The notes: generated by a model not told the origin, from the sequence alone. A DNA stretch of 64,000 nt from Eledone cirrhosa (GCA_964016885.1 OZ024743.1:234484001-234548000), one strand, 5' to 3'. Positions 15,148 through 26,790 are shown, numbered from the stretch's first letter. A program made the numbers and translations.

Positions 15148-15244
15148 ACCCCCACGCACCACCATTGCTATTACGTGGACCAATCATAAAACAGAGCCCC
15201 CACGCATCACCAGTATTATTACGCGGACCAATCAGAAACCAGAG
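15148..15244 (+). promoter_or_regulatory. Two ~48-bp imperfect tandem monomers, each with a GGACCAATCA (CCAAT) box, in the putative RTE 5' UTR
   Basis: CCCCACGCACCACCATTGCTATTACGTGGACCAATCATAAAACAGAG vs CCCCCACGCATCACCAGTATTATTACGCGGACCAATCAGAAACCAGAG. Promoter role is inference. Confidence 0.45.
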
Positions 15245-15358
15245 GCCTATACTATCGCTTGCCTGGTTGCCTTTCGATATACGATATATGATGGATGGAT
15301 GGACTGCGGAATCCTGGAGAGTGGAGGTGAGAGAGAAAAATCTGGACGCTCAGCGACA

Positions 15359-18300
15359 ATGCCAAAGATGATAAAGACAAATTCACCTCGTGGACGAGAA
15401 TGCGAGCACTCCTCATTGTTTCGACCGCGGACGGCTAACATAACCCCATCGCCCCCCGCCCCTCACCGCCCCCAACCCCCAAACGCAATCCAAAACTTCA
15501 GAGTTGGTACCATAAATGTAGGCACCCTAAGGGGTCGCGCTAACGAGGTTGTAGAAATGCTTGAACGTAAGGAGGTCGATGTTTGTTGTATTCAAGAGAC
15601 CAGGTGGGGGGGTGGGTCTGCTAGGTTCATTGAGGGTAAAAAACGATGTTATAAGCTTTTCTGGGTGGGAAACGACGATGGGCTGGGTGGAGTAGGAATC
15701 ATGGTAGCAGAAAAGTGGGCAGATAAGATAATAGACGTAAATAGAGTGAACGACAGAATAATTAAAATACGACTTGTCCTCAATAGAACTACGGTGACAG
15801 TAATATCTGCGTACGCACCCCAATCCGGACTGCCCGGCACTATAAAAGACAGATTCTATGAGACACTGATGCTAACTACCTCCCAAATATCCGACAGTGA
15901 CTATATAATTATCGCAGGCGACCTAAATGGTCACGTTGGACAACATTGTGACGGCTACGACGAAATCCATGGAGGCTATGGGTTTGGTACTAGAAATGAG
16001 GAAGGCGCCAGAATCCTGGAATTCTGTGATGCAAATAACCTAACTATCTGTAACACTAACTTCAAAAAACGTGACAATCACCTGATCACCTATAGATCCG
16101 GGGAACACACAAGCCAGGTAGATTATATCCTTACCAGAAGACGTGACAGAGTGTCTGTTGTTAACACTAAATCCCTCCCCCATGAAGAATGCACCTCCCA
16201 ACATAGACTGATAATTAGCGACCTCATAGTCAGGACGAGACGTACTCGACAACAGAAGAGGACTATCCTCAGGAGGAAAATATGGAAGCTAAAGGACCCC
16301 ACAGCCAGGAATAAATTTCAAAGCATATTACTTGATGCTTTCGACAGTAAGGAAGAACATTTAGAGTCGGACAATATAGAGGGAGAGTGGGAATTTCTGA
16401 AAGCAAACCTGCTGTTGGCGACAGACGAGGTCTGTGGCTGGAGCAGGCCTGTAGGCAGGAGGAGAGTAACATGGTGGTGGAACAGTAAGGTGGAGGGGTC
16501 AATTAAGGCCAAAAAGCAGGCTTGGAAAGTATGGCGGGATGGGGGAAGTAGAGAGGACTATCAAGTGGCCAGGAGGGAAGCTAGGAGACAAGTGTACTTA
16601 GCAAGAAGGGAAGCTGAGGAAAGAAAGTTCAAGCATGTTCTACAACGCGATGACCAAAAACGTGAGGTGTTCAGGATTGCTAGGCAATGCGTCAAGGAAA
16701 ACCGTGATATTGTCGGGGAGAAGTGTGTACTAAACGACGATGGCACACTTGCCATCACCGACGCTGATAAGAAGGTAGCTTGGAAGTGTCACTATGAAAG
16801 GCTACTAAATGAGGAGAATAATTGGGAGAAAGGCAGTCTCCCCCATATCGACCCAATAGAGGGACCAGCAGTGTTAGTCGAGGGGAGTATAATAAGTAAG
16901 GCAATCAAGGATATGAAGACTGGTAAGGCGGCTGGGCCTTCGGAAATAGTTGCTGAGATGCTGAAGGCATCTGGCACGGTGGGACACACCATGGTCACCC
17001 GCATAGTTAACCAAGTCGTACAGAATGGGGTTGTTCCGAAGGACTGGCATAGCAGCATCATCGTTAACTGTTATAAGGGTAAAGGAGACGCCCTAGATAG
17101 GAGTAACTATAGAGGCATTAAATTAATCGACCAGGTCATGAAGGTCACGGAAAAAGTAATAGCGCAACTAATCAGAGAGAGAATTGACCTAGATGAAATG
17201 CAGTTCGGGTTTGTGTCAGGCAAAAGTACCACAGACGCTCTTTTCATAGTACGACAACTACAGGAGAAGTACCTAGCTAAAGGTAAACCCCTCTACTTAG
17301 CTTTTGTCGACTTGGAGAAAGCCTTCGACAGAGTCCCCCGCTCCATTATCTGGTGGGCTCTTAGAAAACTAGGCGTTGACGAATGGCTTGTGAGGGCTAT
17401 ACAAGCCATGTATAAAGAAACAGTCAGCAAGGTTAGAATTAACAACGAATATAGTGAAGAGTTTAGCGTAAAAGTTGGCGTCCATCAGGGCTCTGTTCTC
17501 AGTCCACTACTATTTATTATTGCCCTTCAGGCTATAACAGAGGAGTTCAAGACAGGCTGCCCATGGGAACTCCTATACGCAGACGACCTGACACTCATAG
17601 CGGAATCAATGGCCGAGCTAGAGAAGAAATTCCAAACATGGAAGCACGGCCTAGAGTCAAAAGGACTTAAAATTAACCTGGCTAAGACCAAAGTACTAGT
17701 TTGTAGGAAAGAAAACAAGGCGGCGGTCCCTTCTGGGAAATGGTCGTGCTCGGTGTGTAGGAAAGGCGTAGGTAGAAACTCCATTTTATGTCCTAAATGC
17801 AAAGTATGGGTGCATAAAAGATGTAGTGGGATCACAGGTAAGCTAACTAAGAACATAGATTTTACATGTGGCCGGTGCTCTGGTGCAATAAGTAGCAGCA
17901 AGTGCCCACAAACTACTAGCTCTTTCAATTGCGCAGAGGGTTCTATAGAAATAGTGGACAGCTTCCGTTACCTGGGCGATAAAATCAGCAGTGGGGGAGG
18001 GTGCTCTGAAAGTACTGTAGCTAGAGTCAGAACTGGTTGGAAAAAGTTCAGAGAGCTTATACCACTATTAGCTGCTAAAGGGTTCTCACTAAAAATGAAA
18101 GGCAGGTTGTACGATGCCTGCATACGAACAGCAATGCTGCATGGCAGTGAGACCTGGGCATTGTGTGCAGAGGATATACGCAGACTAGAGAGGAACGAAG
18201 CTTGCATGCTCCGCTGGATGTGTAACAGTAATATACGTGAACGGCAAAGCATAAACGAACTAAGGAAAAAATTAGAGATAAGAGGGATCAGATGTTGTTT

Positions 18301-18532
18301 ACTCGAGAGAAGGCTACGTTGGTATGGACACGTGATGCGCATGAAAGTCGATAGCTGTATAACAAAGTGCAGGGCAATAAAGATAGACGGTAGTCACGGA
18401 ATAGGCAGACCTAGAAAAACCTGGGACGAGCTGATAAACTCCGACATCACACACTTACACCTCTCCAAGACAATGTCACTGGACCGAGACCTTTGGCGGT
18501 ACTCAGTAACAGAGAAGACCCGCCTTACCTAA
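15359..18532 (+). CDS. RTE ORF: APE endonuclease + reverse transcriptase with inserted PHD-like Zn finger (~1057 aa)
   Basis: APE motifs GTINVGTL, CIQETRW, SAYAPQ, GDLNGHVG, VDYIL, SQHRL; RT motifs YRGIKL, QFGF, FVDLEKAFDRV, GVHQGSVLSPLLF, YADD; RTE C-terminal RLRWYGHV and GRPRKTW. No stops. True start uncertain: the ORF-track start at 15089 lies in the satellite. Confidence 0.93.
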   Translation: MPKMIKTNSPRGRECEHSSLFRPRTANITPSPPAPHRPQPPNAIQNFRVGTINVGTLRGRANEVVEMLERKEVDVCCIQETRWGGGSARFIEGKKRCYKLFWVGNDDGLGGVGIMVAEKWADKIIDVNRVNDRIIKIRLVLNRTTVTVISAYAPQSGLPGTIKDRFYETLMLTTSQISDSDYIIIAGDLNGHVGQHCDGYDEIHGGYGFGTRNEEGARILEFCDANNLTICNTNFKKRDNHLITYRSGEHTSQVDYILTRRRDRVSVVNTKSLPHEECTSQHRLIISDLIVRTRRTRQQKRTILRRKIWKLKDPTARNKFQSILLDAFDSKEEHLESDNIEGEWEFLKANLLLATDEVCGWSRPVGRRRVTWWWNSKVEGSIKAKKQAWKVWRDGGSREDYQVARREARRQVYLARREAEERKFKHVLQRDDQKREVFRIARQCVKENRDIVGEKCVLNDDGTLAITDADKKVAWKCHYERLLNEENNWEKGSLPHIDPIEGPAVLVEGSIISKAIKDMKTGKAAGPSEIVAEMLKASGTVGHTMVTRIVNQVVQNGVVPKDWHSSIIVNCYKGKGDALDRSNYRGIKLIDQVMKVTEKVIAQLIRERIDLDEMQFGFVSGKSTTDALFIVRQLQEKYLAKGKPLYLAFVDLEKAFDRVPRSIIWWALRKLGVDEWLVRAIQAMYKETVSKVRINNEYSEEFSVKVGVHQGSVLSPLLFIIALQAITEEFKTGCPWELLYADDLTLIAESMAELEKKFQTWKHGLESKGLKINLAKTKVLVCRKENKAAVPSGKWSCSVCRKGVGRNSILCPKCKVWVHKRCSGITGKLTKNIDFTCGRCSGAISSSKCPQTTSSFNCAEGSIEIVDSFRYLGDKISSGGGCSESTVARVRTGWKKFRELIPLLAAKGFSLKMKGRLYDACIRTAMLHGSETWALCAEDIRRLERNEACMLRWMCNSNIRERQSINELRKKLEIRGIRCCLLERRLRWYGHVMRMKVDSCITKCRAIKIDGSHGIGRPRKTWDELINSDITHLHLSKTMSLDRDLWRYSVTEKTRLT

Positions 18533-19122
18533 ATATATAGTAAAACCTACTCCAGCCAGTAGGCATCTCTAACAAAATACACCCCGTCCCACCACCACCA
18601 CCCCCACCCGATCCACACCACCCCGTTCTATGTAAAGTTATGTTGGTGCCGCGCCATCGAGGCCGAAACAAATGAGATCGTGTAGGTGTCACGACAAAAA
18701 AACACACAGTCCACGCTGTAATGTGGCCGTGTAGGCAACACGGTAAAAACCTCCCAGACCCACACTGTAAATGTGGTTGGTGTTAGGAAGGGCATCCAAC
18801 TGTAGAAAACCTGCCAGACAGTCCTATGCGAGCAAGACAATCACTCTTGCCTCAAGTGGGACTACCCCCGTCCAAACCCATGCAAGCGTGGAACACGGAC
18901 GTTAAACGTTGATGATGATGATGATGATGATGATATATATATATATATATATATATATACACTATAGACTTTTGAGTTTTATTAACATATAAATATGTGT
19001 GTCTATATATGTACGTATGTTTGCATCTGACTGGTGAATATATGTTTTTTTCTCAATATTTTTTCCGTTCTTTTCTTTTCTCACTCTGTATCTTTCTATT
19101 TCATCATTTCTATCTCATTCTA

Positions 19123-19158
19123 TCTTCTGATAAAGGACTAGTGTCCGAAACGTTAAGA
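19123..19158 (+). ncRNA. Minimal type-I hammerhead motif (core variant CTGATAA) in a PLE terminal fragment
   Basis: TCTT-CTGATAA-A-GGAC-TAGT-GTCC-GAAA-CG-TT-AAGA. The G8>A change probably inactivates it; the fragment lies between microsatellites. Confidence 0.65.
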
Positions 19159-19323
19159 CTATTTTCCTACTATATCAAGCGTTAAACTAATTTATTATTT
19201 CATTGTACAGTGCCGTTTGCTTTGTTGTTTTTATTTACTTTTTGCACACACACATATATACATATATATATATATAAACACACACACACAAACACACACA
19301 CGCACGCGCGCACACACACACAC

Positions 19324-19372
<49 letters not shown>

Positions 19373-19373
<1 letters not shown>

Positions 19374-21401
19374 TTAACGAAGAGTATTTTTATGAAATAG
19401 TTAGATGGGAATAACAAGAATGGCTGACTTAGTTTATATATATAGGTTTGCTTTACTTCAATCAAAAAGTACAATAAAACAAGTTACCAAGAGTTGCGAA
19501 GGTTGACAATGTTATTTTGTTGTTGATGCGAAAACAGCGAGCGACCAGATAATGGTGATTGCAGTCCGTGGTAGTAGTTCTGAGACCATAGTGAGTGAGA
19601 GAGAGTAATGGTCTGTATACCTCTAAATGGTTTGTAATAGTTGACTGTAGACCACTGTGGCCTGTAGATAGCGGTGAATCTTTCACATAGCTGGTCTGTA
19701 GTAGTGGTGCTCCGATCTCTCTGTATCTCTGTAGACCTCTGGGGCCTGAAGGTAGCGGTGAATCTTTCACATGGCTTGTCTGTATCGTGTTGCTCCGATC
19801 TCTCTGTATCTAAGATGGGAAAATATAAACTTTATATACCTGGCGCTTTCTGTCTTCCACCTTGAGGGGATAGCCCACGCATGAACCTGTTCACACCAAA
19901 AGGGTGGTGACCTAGAATTTGACCTTTAGGTGTCACCCAAGATTCAAGGCGTGGACAGATCTCGCTACATTAGTTCCTACCCAGATCGATGCAGGAGCAG
20001 CGATCGATTATAAAAGGGGTAGCGAAATTTGATTCCTAGAAGCGTGTCCCAAAACACACAAAATGTGGGTACTGCGCTCGCATTTCGAGTATAGAGAAAT
20101 TTGGAGAGAGAAAAAAAAGGTATCGTATAACTGTGTGTGTGTAACATTTAGAAAAAAACTGTAAAAATACAAAGTTGTGATTATGTATTTCGAACTGTCG
20201 TGTATGGATGGACGTTGGGGTTACTGTATCGGATTACGATATGATAACACAGAGGACTATTTCTCTCGATGTATTATCATACGTAAGATTCTTTTCCGGT
20301 GAGTCGAGGTTTACGCTATGACATGAGTGTGTGCAATTTTGAGTTGCGTGCTCAGTGAGTCGAGCGAGTAGTAACCGTGGGTAGATTATCATGTGTTTAA
20401 TAGCTTTTGCCGTACCATGACCAGTTGAAAAGTGATCCCGCAGAGACCCAACCGAATCCAGAATATACCATAGACAAAAACATGTTGGTGTGTGACAAAG
20501 AAAATGGTGTGTGTTGAAGCAAAACGTGTTATTCATACAGGCATATAATACAGTAAAACAAAAAAAGAAAAAAAAATGACATTCATATATAACCTGAAAA
20601 AAAAATTTTTTTTTTAATATTTATATAATTGTTCTTTACAAAAGATTCTGTTTTCTCTTCTTTATGTGATTGGATTCTTGCTAGGAAGCTAGTAGTATTG
20701 TTTGTTGGTGTTGTTGGAGATTACGAAGCAAGTGGTGTAGTGTTTGGTAAGAGAAAGTTGTTGATATTGGCAAAAGAAGCCATAATCATATCAAAAGCCT
20801 GCGTGCGGTTTCCTTTTTTTTTTTTTGTATATACCACTTCGTTTTTGTTTTTAATTTTTTTTTAACGTCAGGTCACCAATTTAACGAAGGGTAAAAAAGG
20901 AATTAAGAAGTAGTTATTGTTAGATGGATTAACATAGTTATTAGATGAAATATAACAAGAATAAAGATTTTAGTTTATATATGGTTTACTTCACGTGAAT
21001 CAAAAAGTACAATAAAACAAGTTACCAAGAGTTGTGAAGGTTGACGTTGTCTTCGTGAGTCTGAGACCATAGTGAGTGAGAGAGAGTAATGGTTTGTATA
21101 CCTCTGAATGGTCTGTAGTAGTAGGTTGACGTTGTCGTCGTGAGTCTATTCTCTCTGTATTTCTGTAGACCACTGGGGCCTGTTAATAGCGGTGAATCTT
21201 TACATAGCTTGTTGTATGTCGTGGTGCTCCGATGTCTCTCTGTGTAGACGTGGGATGATAAAGGCTTTATATCCCTGTCGCTTCCTGTCTCACACCTTGA
21301 GGGGATAGCCAACGCATGAACCTGTTCACACCAGAGTGGTGACTTAGAATTTGACCTTTAGGTGTCACCCAAGGTTCAAGGTGTGGACAGATCTCGCTAC
21401 A
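19373..21401 (-). mobile_element. Non-autonomous LTR retrotransposon (TRIM-like): LTRs 20880-21401 and 19373-19969, ~910-bp non-coding interior
   Basis: On the minus strand both LTRs begin TGTAGCGAGATCTGTCCAC and end CTTCGTTAAA. PBS-like TGGTGACCTGACGT follows the 5' LTR; purine-rich GGGTAGGAACTAA precedes the 3' LTR; (TA)n flanks. Confidence 0.75.
20865..20878 (-). promoter_or_regulatory. Primer-binding site, tRNA-Trp-like
   Basis: TGGTGACCTGACGT resembles TGGTGACCCCGACGT, the complement of the eukaryotic tRNA-Trp 3' end; it lies 1 nt from the LTR end. Confidence 0.65.
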
Positions 21402-21430
21402 CATATATATATATATGTATGTATACATGA

Positions 21431-21462
<32 letters not shown>

Positions 21463-21737
21463 AAATTCCTGTTTTCTCTTTCGTATCTTACTTCACTGGC
21501 GTTTAGCTTGTGTCAGACGCTGTGACCCAGGGTGTACTAGTAGTACCGTTGGTAGTGGTCGAAACTGCTAAAGTCCACCTCAAGGGCCGATGACTCTGGA
21601 GTTCTGTATTTTTCGTTTGTATTTTTATTTAAAAAACCACAACAATTTAAGGTTCCCCTTAAAAAGTTTATTTTGTTTTGCCTTGTTTTCATCCGTTGTC
21701 TTACTCTCTGTTAATTTTGCTCAGTTTATTATATATA

Positions 21738-24700
21738 CTAGCAGAAAAACCAACCCTCGGGTGGTTTTCTGCTAGCATGAGTAGTGTGTGTATTGATATT
21801 ATACGCAAGTATATATACATGTAGATATGATACATCAAATAAAATCGTAATTGACAATATAAACAGAAATTGAACGAAGACGTTGTTACATTATTGTACA
21901 AAATATAATTTAGAGATATATCAGATGAAAGAATGGTATTTAACTAATGAATTGGTACGCGATGGGTCCCACCCACAGCCCCGGCGGACAGAATGGAGAA
22001 GGCGTTTCCGCGGAGGACGGCAAGGGAGACGCGCTGGAAAAGCCACTCCAACTCGCGGGGCTCACACCTGCGGCTGGCCAGCTCAGCGCCTATGGTGGTG
22101 AGAAAGGAGGTAGCCCTGGGGCCGAGGACACCAGAAGTCTCTACTGCAAGGGGAACGACCGCAAACATGTCGGAGAGCGACCGGTATTTGAGGAGTCTGG
22201 CCCTCTCACCCGACGTGCAGCAGAACCTGGGTCAGTCGCAGACTGCACCAGGTTGCGGCTGCAGAAAGTGTCGGTGCAAGTGGCATCCCAGACGAGGGGT
22301 TTTCCACCGCAGAACGGGAAGATGGTCATGCCATCTAGCCTTTTGCCGTCCCCTCGATTCAGCCCCACCGGCTCGAGCTAGGAAGGGAACCTGCAGCGTC
22401 CAAGCCATGCTTAATGACCTCGTTGAGAGCAGCATGGTGTGGAAGGCGGCCGGCACTGTGGCGACAGGAAAGCGGGTGGAGGCCGAAAGAGTCCACGGTG
22501 GAACCGCAGCGACATTGGTGTGGCTGGCAGATCCGGAGGCCGAGCCTCAGGGAAACACCGATTCGCAGGCTATGGTTGTCTAGCTGAGTGCCAGTGGAGA
22601 ATGAAGGCAGGGCATGGAGCCAGGCACCACTGTGGGGTTTGGAGGCCGCACGAAAACAAGCAAGGCGGTGCTGGTCGAGTTGGCGCGTGAGCCTGTTTGA
22701 GGCCAGGCTGCACTGGATGGCATCCCAAGTGCGTTGGGGGGACTTGACGTCAACAGGGGGAGAAGGAGGAGGGACGTATACTGGGCTAAGTCCCAGCCGG
22801 TCCCACGTCTCACAGGCGGCCTCACGTTATCTAAACACAGAGGGTTCTGTTGTGTTTTGAAGAACTCTGCTGACGAGGACGCGGCACGAGGTTACCGACG
22901 AAAGATACGCCGGCAAAGCTAGTGAGATCGGGGACGGGAGGTCAAGGCCGCCATACCTGACCGGTAAAGTGGCCTGTTGCCACCCTATGTCGTCAAACTT
23001 GACGTTGCATATCCCTCGGCTGCTGCTCAGATACAAGTATCGAGGTCAGCGAGGAAAGATGTCTGGGTGTAGCATGGAGCGCTGCAGAGTGTATAGAGGA
23101 GCTTCGGCATGGTGAAGCAGTTCCTCAGCAGAAAGAGAGCTGGGTGACCGTCAATCAAGCCCAGTCGGCTCGTGAGAGTCTGGAGCTGTTGAAGCCTGGA
23201 CCTGATGGTGGAGCGGATGGCCGGCGAGTGGATCGGTGACCCGAGGATGAGGACATCCTCTTTGGAGGTCAGCTGAACCTGGCGAAGAATGGACCGCACG
23301 TCCAAGACAGAGGCTGCAAAGCTCGCAGCATCGAGGCTGACGTTCGCCACCTCCGACTTGGCCGAGTTGACCTGGAAGCTGATTCCCGCCAGGGCAAGAA
23401 TCACCGATTGAAGATCATGGCAGACCGTCCGTACGGGCCCGCCTAACGTAGCATCATCCAGATACCAAACGTTGAGAGGGGCCGTGATACTCCGGGCGAT
23501 GTGGTCAATACCAAGGGCGAACAGGAGGGGTCCCAAAGGGTCGCCCTGTTGGACCCCAATAGCCGAGGGTATGACCGTATCAGCAGTTAGGAGCATGCTC
23601 GGGGCTCCATGTGACAAGTAGGCCAGCGGGTAGGCAGAAGGGGCTCGGCTGAGGCAGGCCTCGAGCAGATGATCCCGGCATAAAGAGTTAAAGGCATTCC
23701 TCATGTCAAGCTTGACAATGAGGTGCCTGGAGTCCCTGGATGCCGGTTCCGATGGGCAGCTGTTGAAGAACTGCCTGGTTGCATGAGCGGCCCCCTCACA
23801 GCCACCAGACACGCCGACACCCAGTTGCACCGGACTAAACTCCTCACCCAGTTCGTGCGTGACGGACTTTGAGATCACCTTGGCAGCCAGCCTCCGGAAG
23901 ACATTGCCCACAGCAATGGGGTGTATGCCACCCTCTTTCTTCCTGAGAGCGGTGAGGCTGGCCTAAAAAAAGAGGCCTCGGGCGTAAGGGTCGAGGCCAC
24001 CATGAATGAGCCTATTGGTGAGCGCCACAATTGCACTCACAAGGCGGCTCCCGGCCTCAGCGGAGAGGGGGGATGTCAACTCCATGAGGTGGCCTGGTCG
24101 GAGACCATCAAAACCTCCGCAGCTGCTAGCTGGGAAGGACCTGATGGCGGACATGATATCTGCATCAGTAGCCACAAGGAGCAAGTGGGGGTCGGGTGGG
24201 GGTATGGGTCTGAAATCAGTGCGTGACTCAGGGTGTTTGAGCCGCAGAGCAGCCAGGACCTCCTCGGTGGGTTGGAGGACAGTGTCCTCTGAGGCAACAA
24301 CGCTGACTGCGGCCGAAACATCACCCATGATAAGCTTTGCGTTTACCTGGTCACGCAAACGCTTGGCACTGGCCTCGGGGGTGGAGGATAGGGGGTACCT
24401 GAGGGTGGGTGTGTGGCGTCCCTGGGCACGCTTGGAATGGGCGCTCGCCCAAATGACGAGACATTGGCCTTGACAAAGGCTGCTGTTGACCGGCCGCTCC
24501 GGTCATCGCCAGAGCTGGGGAGGCCGAGGGCAAGTGGGGAGAAATAGAACAGCCGCTCCCAGTCACTAGCTCGATTGGAGTCCAGGGCGCTCTCAATCGA
24601 GGAAGCGAGGGCATCGGCTACCGGCACCCGTGCCGCTCTCGAGATCCTGAGTGGGATCTTCCGGAGCCGCCTGAGCCAAGCGATGTTGACCAGCGAGGCT

Positions 24701-25250
24701 CGGGTGTCAGGCAAGCTCGCTGTCCCAACTGGTGGTGTGCCAGACGGCCGTGGCTGGGAAGACGTGGGGAAGAGGCAGCTCCTGCACCTCCACGCTGCGA
24801 GGGCATTGGAAGCTCGACCAGTCAAGCCAACGCAGGTGAGGTGGTGGAAGCAGCCGCACCCCAAACAGTTCCGGCCCCTCTTCCGTTATGTAATCAGTAA
24901 CGTAATCCATGATACATTAAAAAAAGACGATATTATATATAAACTGCATTAGGAGAAAATTAGTGACAGAAAATTAGTATGTTTATTTAAGTGATCGCCA
25001 CCGGAAGTGTTGACATCACACACTCTCTCTTTCTATATATATGGTAGTTGGAGTGGTGGAGGTGGCAACGATATACCGGAAGTGCAACTTTGAAAAGAAG
25101 TGAATTTGAAATTATTTATTTTTACGAAATTATTTTTGTTTACGAAATTTAGTAGATAAATTATGTAATATTCATTCATTATTTATTCAATGTAATCCAA
25201 CTTATTTTACTAACGGGATAAAAAAAGACCTTCCTTTATTATAGTTTAGA
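21738..25250 (-). mobile_element. Non-autonomous Helitron-like element enclosing the CRE sequence
   Basis: Minus strand starts A|TCTAAACTATAATAAAGG (25250) and ends in inverted repeat GCTAGCAGAAAACC...GGTTTTTCTG CTAG|T (21738), matching Helitron A|TC...CTRR|T ends. A related fragment lies at ~62365-62462. Confidence 0.6.
21944..24885 (-). pseudogene. CRE-clade (RLE) non-LTR retrotransposon, frameshifted: partial PHD, RT, restriction-like endonuclease
   Basis: Fragments NCLGCGCFHHLTC...WRCRSC; LRLKHP; GGFDGLRPGHL; GNVFRRLAAK; QLGVG; KLDMRNAFNS; GVQQGDPLGPLLF; WYLDD; QATLPVRYGGL; DGKRLDG...WDATCTDT; PLAVETSG...FQRVSLAVLRGNA. GC-rich relative to the flanks. Confidence 0.9.
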
Positions 25251-25271
25251 TATATATACACACACACACAT

Positions 25272-25329
<58 letters not shown>

Positions 25330-25518
25330 CAAGCGCACCTCAGCGTGAAAGGTCTTTCTAAAAACGAAACAATACCTCCTACGTTAACCAAGAACTCACC
25401 AACAACCAACAACTTAATTTATAAAATAATTTTTTTTAAGAAAAATTCTTTTGGGATTTTGTGAAGAAAATAAATTTGTTGAAAGCACAAGTGAAGCCAT
25501 TTTTTCTTCCCCCCTGTC

Positions 25519-25567
<49 letters not shown>

Positions 25568-25745
25568 AATTAATATATCTACCGACATATGTATACAGAT
25601 GCATACCTATGCTAGCAGATATATATATATATTAAAATAGCAGATTAAAGTTTAAGCAAAGAATCGCTGCTTTCACCCTGAATGGGATCTTCTGAAACTT
25701 ATCGAGCCCTCTACGGATTTTAGTCTTCACATTTATTATTATTAC

Positions 25746-25784
<39 letters not shown>

Positions 25785-26166
25785 AGAAATTTATATTTTG
25801 TACAAAATTACATCTTTTTAATTCAATAGACTAAACATAAATGGAAATATATATTCTTTTTCTGAATTTCATGTTTTCTTAAATTCTATACTTGTAGTCT
25901 TGTACGTGTATATATTAATTTCAACATTTTTTCAATCTAAGAGGAATTGCATATATTTGACACGTTTACATGTTCATAGACCCAATGTATATATATATAT
26001 ATATATAGATATATATTTATCACATATTTGTAATGCTACAGGCGTAGTAAATTTATCTATATATTTTTATTAATACATTTATACAATTTTTATTTATTTA
26101 TCTACTGCTACCCACAGTATGAATTTTATTACGGATAATCGAATGTTCCTTTGCTTTTAAAGATTT

Positions 26167-26235
<69 letters not shown>

Positions 26236-26286
26236 AAAATGAGAGTTTTTTAATAAAAAAAACGAGATGTCCTACACGAGTAAAAA

Positions 26287-26521
26287 TATAAGGAAAAGAA
26301 ATCGAAAATGCAACTGAAGTCATTTTAAGAATATTTATTTGTTTCCTTTACCGGTTTGACAGTTCTTATGCTTTTCAAAAGTAGAATCAGATGGAGGATT
26401 CCTCCAGATTCCTCCATCTCATTCTACTTTTGAAAAGCATAAGAACTGTCAAACCGGTAAAGGAAACAAATGCATATTCTTAAAAAGACTTCAGTTGCAT
26501 TTTCGATTTCTTTTCCTTATA
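26287..26521. repeat. ~235-bp palindrome: head-to-head PLE-terminus-like arms with a degenerate hammerhead
   Basis: ~110-bp inverted arms around CCTCCAGATT; each arm has TTGAAAAGCA...TGTCAAACCGGTAAAGG (degenerate core, ACCGGT stem-III-like palindrome). Confidence 0.75.
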
Positions 26522-26597
26522 TACATACATGATGGCTTCCCCCTCGTTATCAAGTATGGCCATTGCATGATATACCATTATTAATAATTATTATACA

Positions 26598-26790
26598 GGC
26601 GGTGAATTGGCAGTATCGGTAGAGGGTCGGACACCATACTTTCCAGCATAGTTACGTCCCTTTACGATCTGTGTTCAAATCCCGTCAAGGTTAACTTTGC
26701 CTTTCATCCTTACGGGGTCGATAAAATAAAGTACCAGTAATGCACTGAGTAATTGCTGGCCTTGTGCCAAAAGTATAAACAATTATTATT
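26598..26790 (+). mobile_element. tRNA-derived MetaSINE-like copy
   Basis: A-box-like TGGCAGTATCGG, B-box GTTCAAATCC, Meta-domain-like GCCTTTCATCCTTACGGGGTCGATAAAATAAAGTACCAG, tail CCTTGTGCC...AAACAATTATT. Confidence 0.88.

Larger units (their letters stand above)
15129..18934 (+). mobile_element. RTE-clade non-LTR retrotransposon, apparently full length
   Basis: Single APE+RT ORF; 3' UTR ...GGAAGGGCATCC...GGACGTTAAACGTT followed by a (GAT)n tail at 18911-18934. 5' boundary inferred from the end of the satellite. Confidence 0.93.

Noticed and set aside
21947-24952. Plus-strand ORFs over the CRE element
   Set aside because: Antisense shadows of GC-rich coding sequence.
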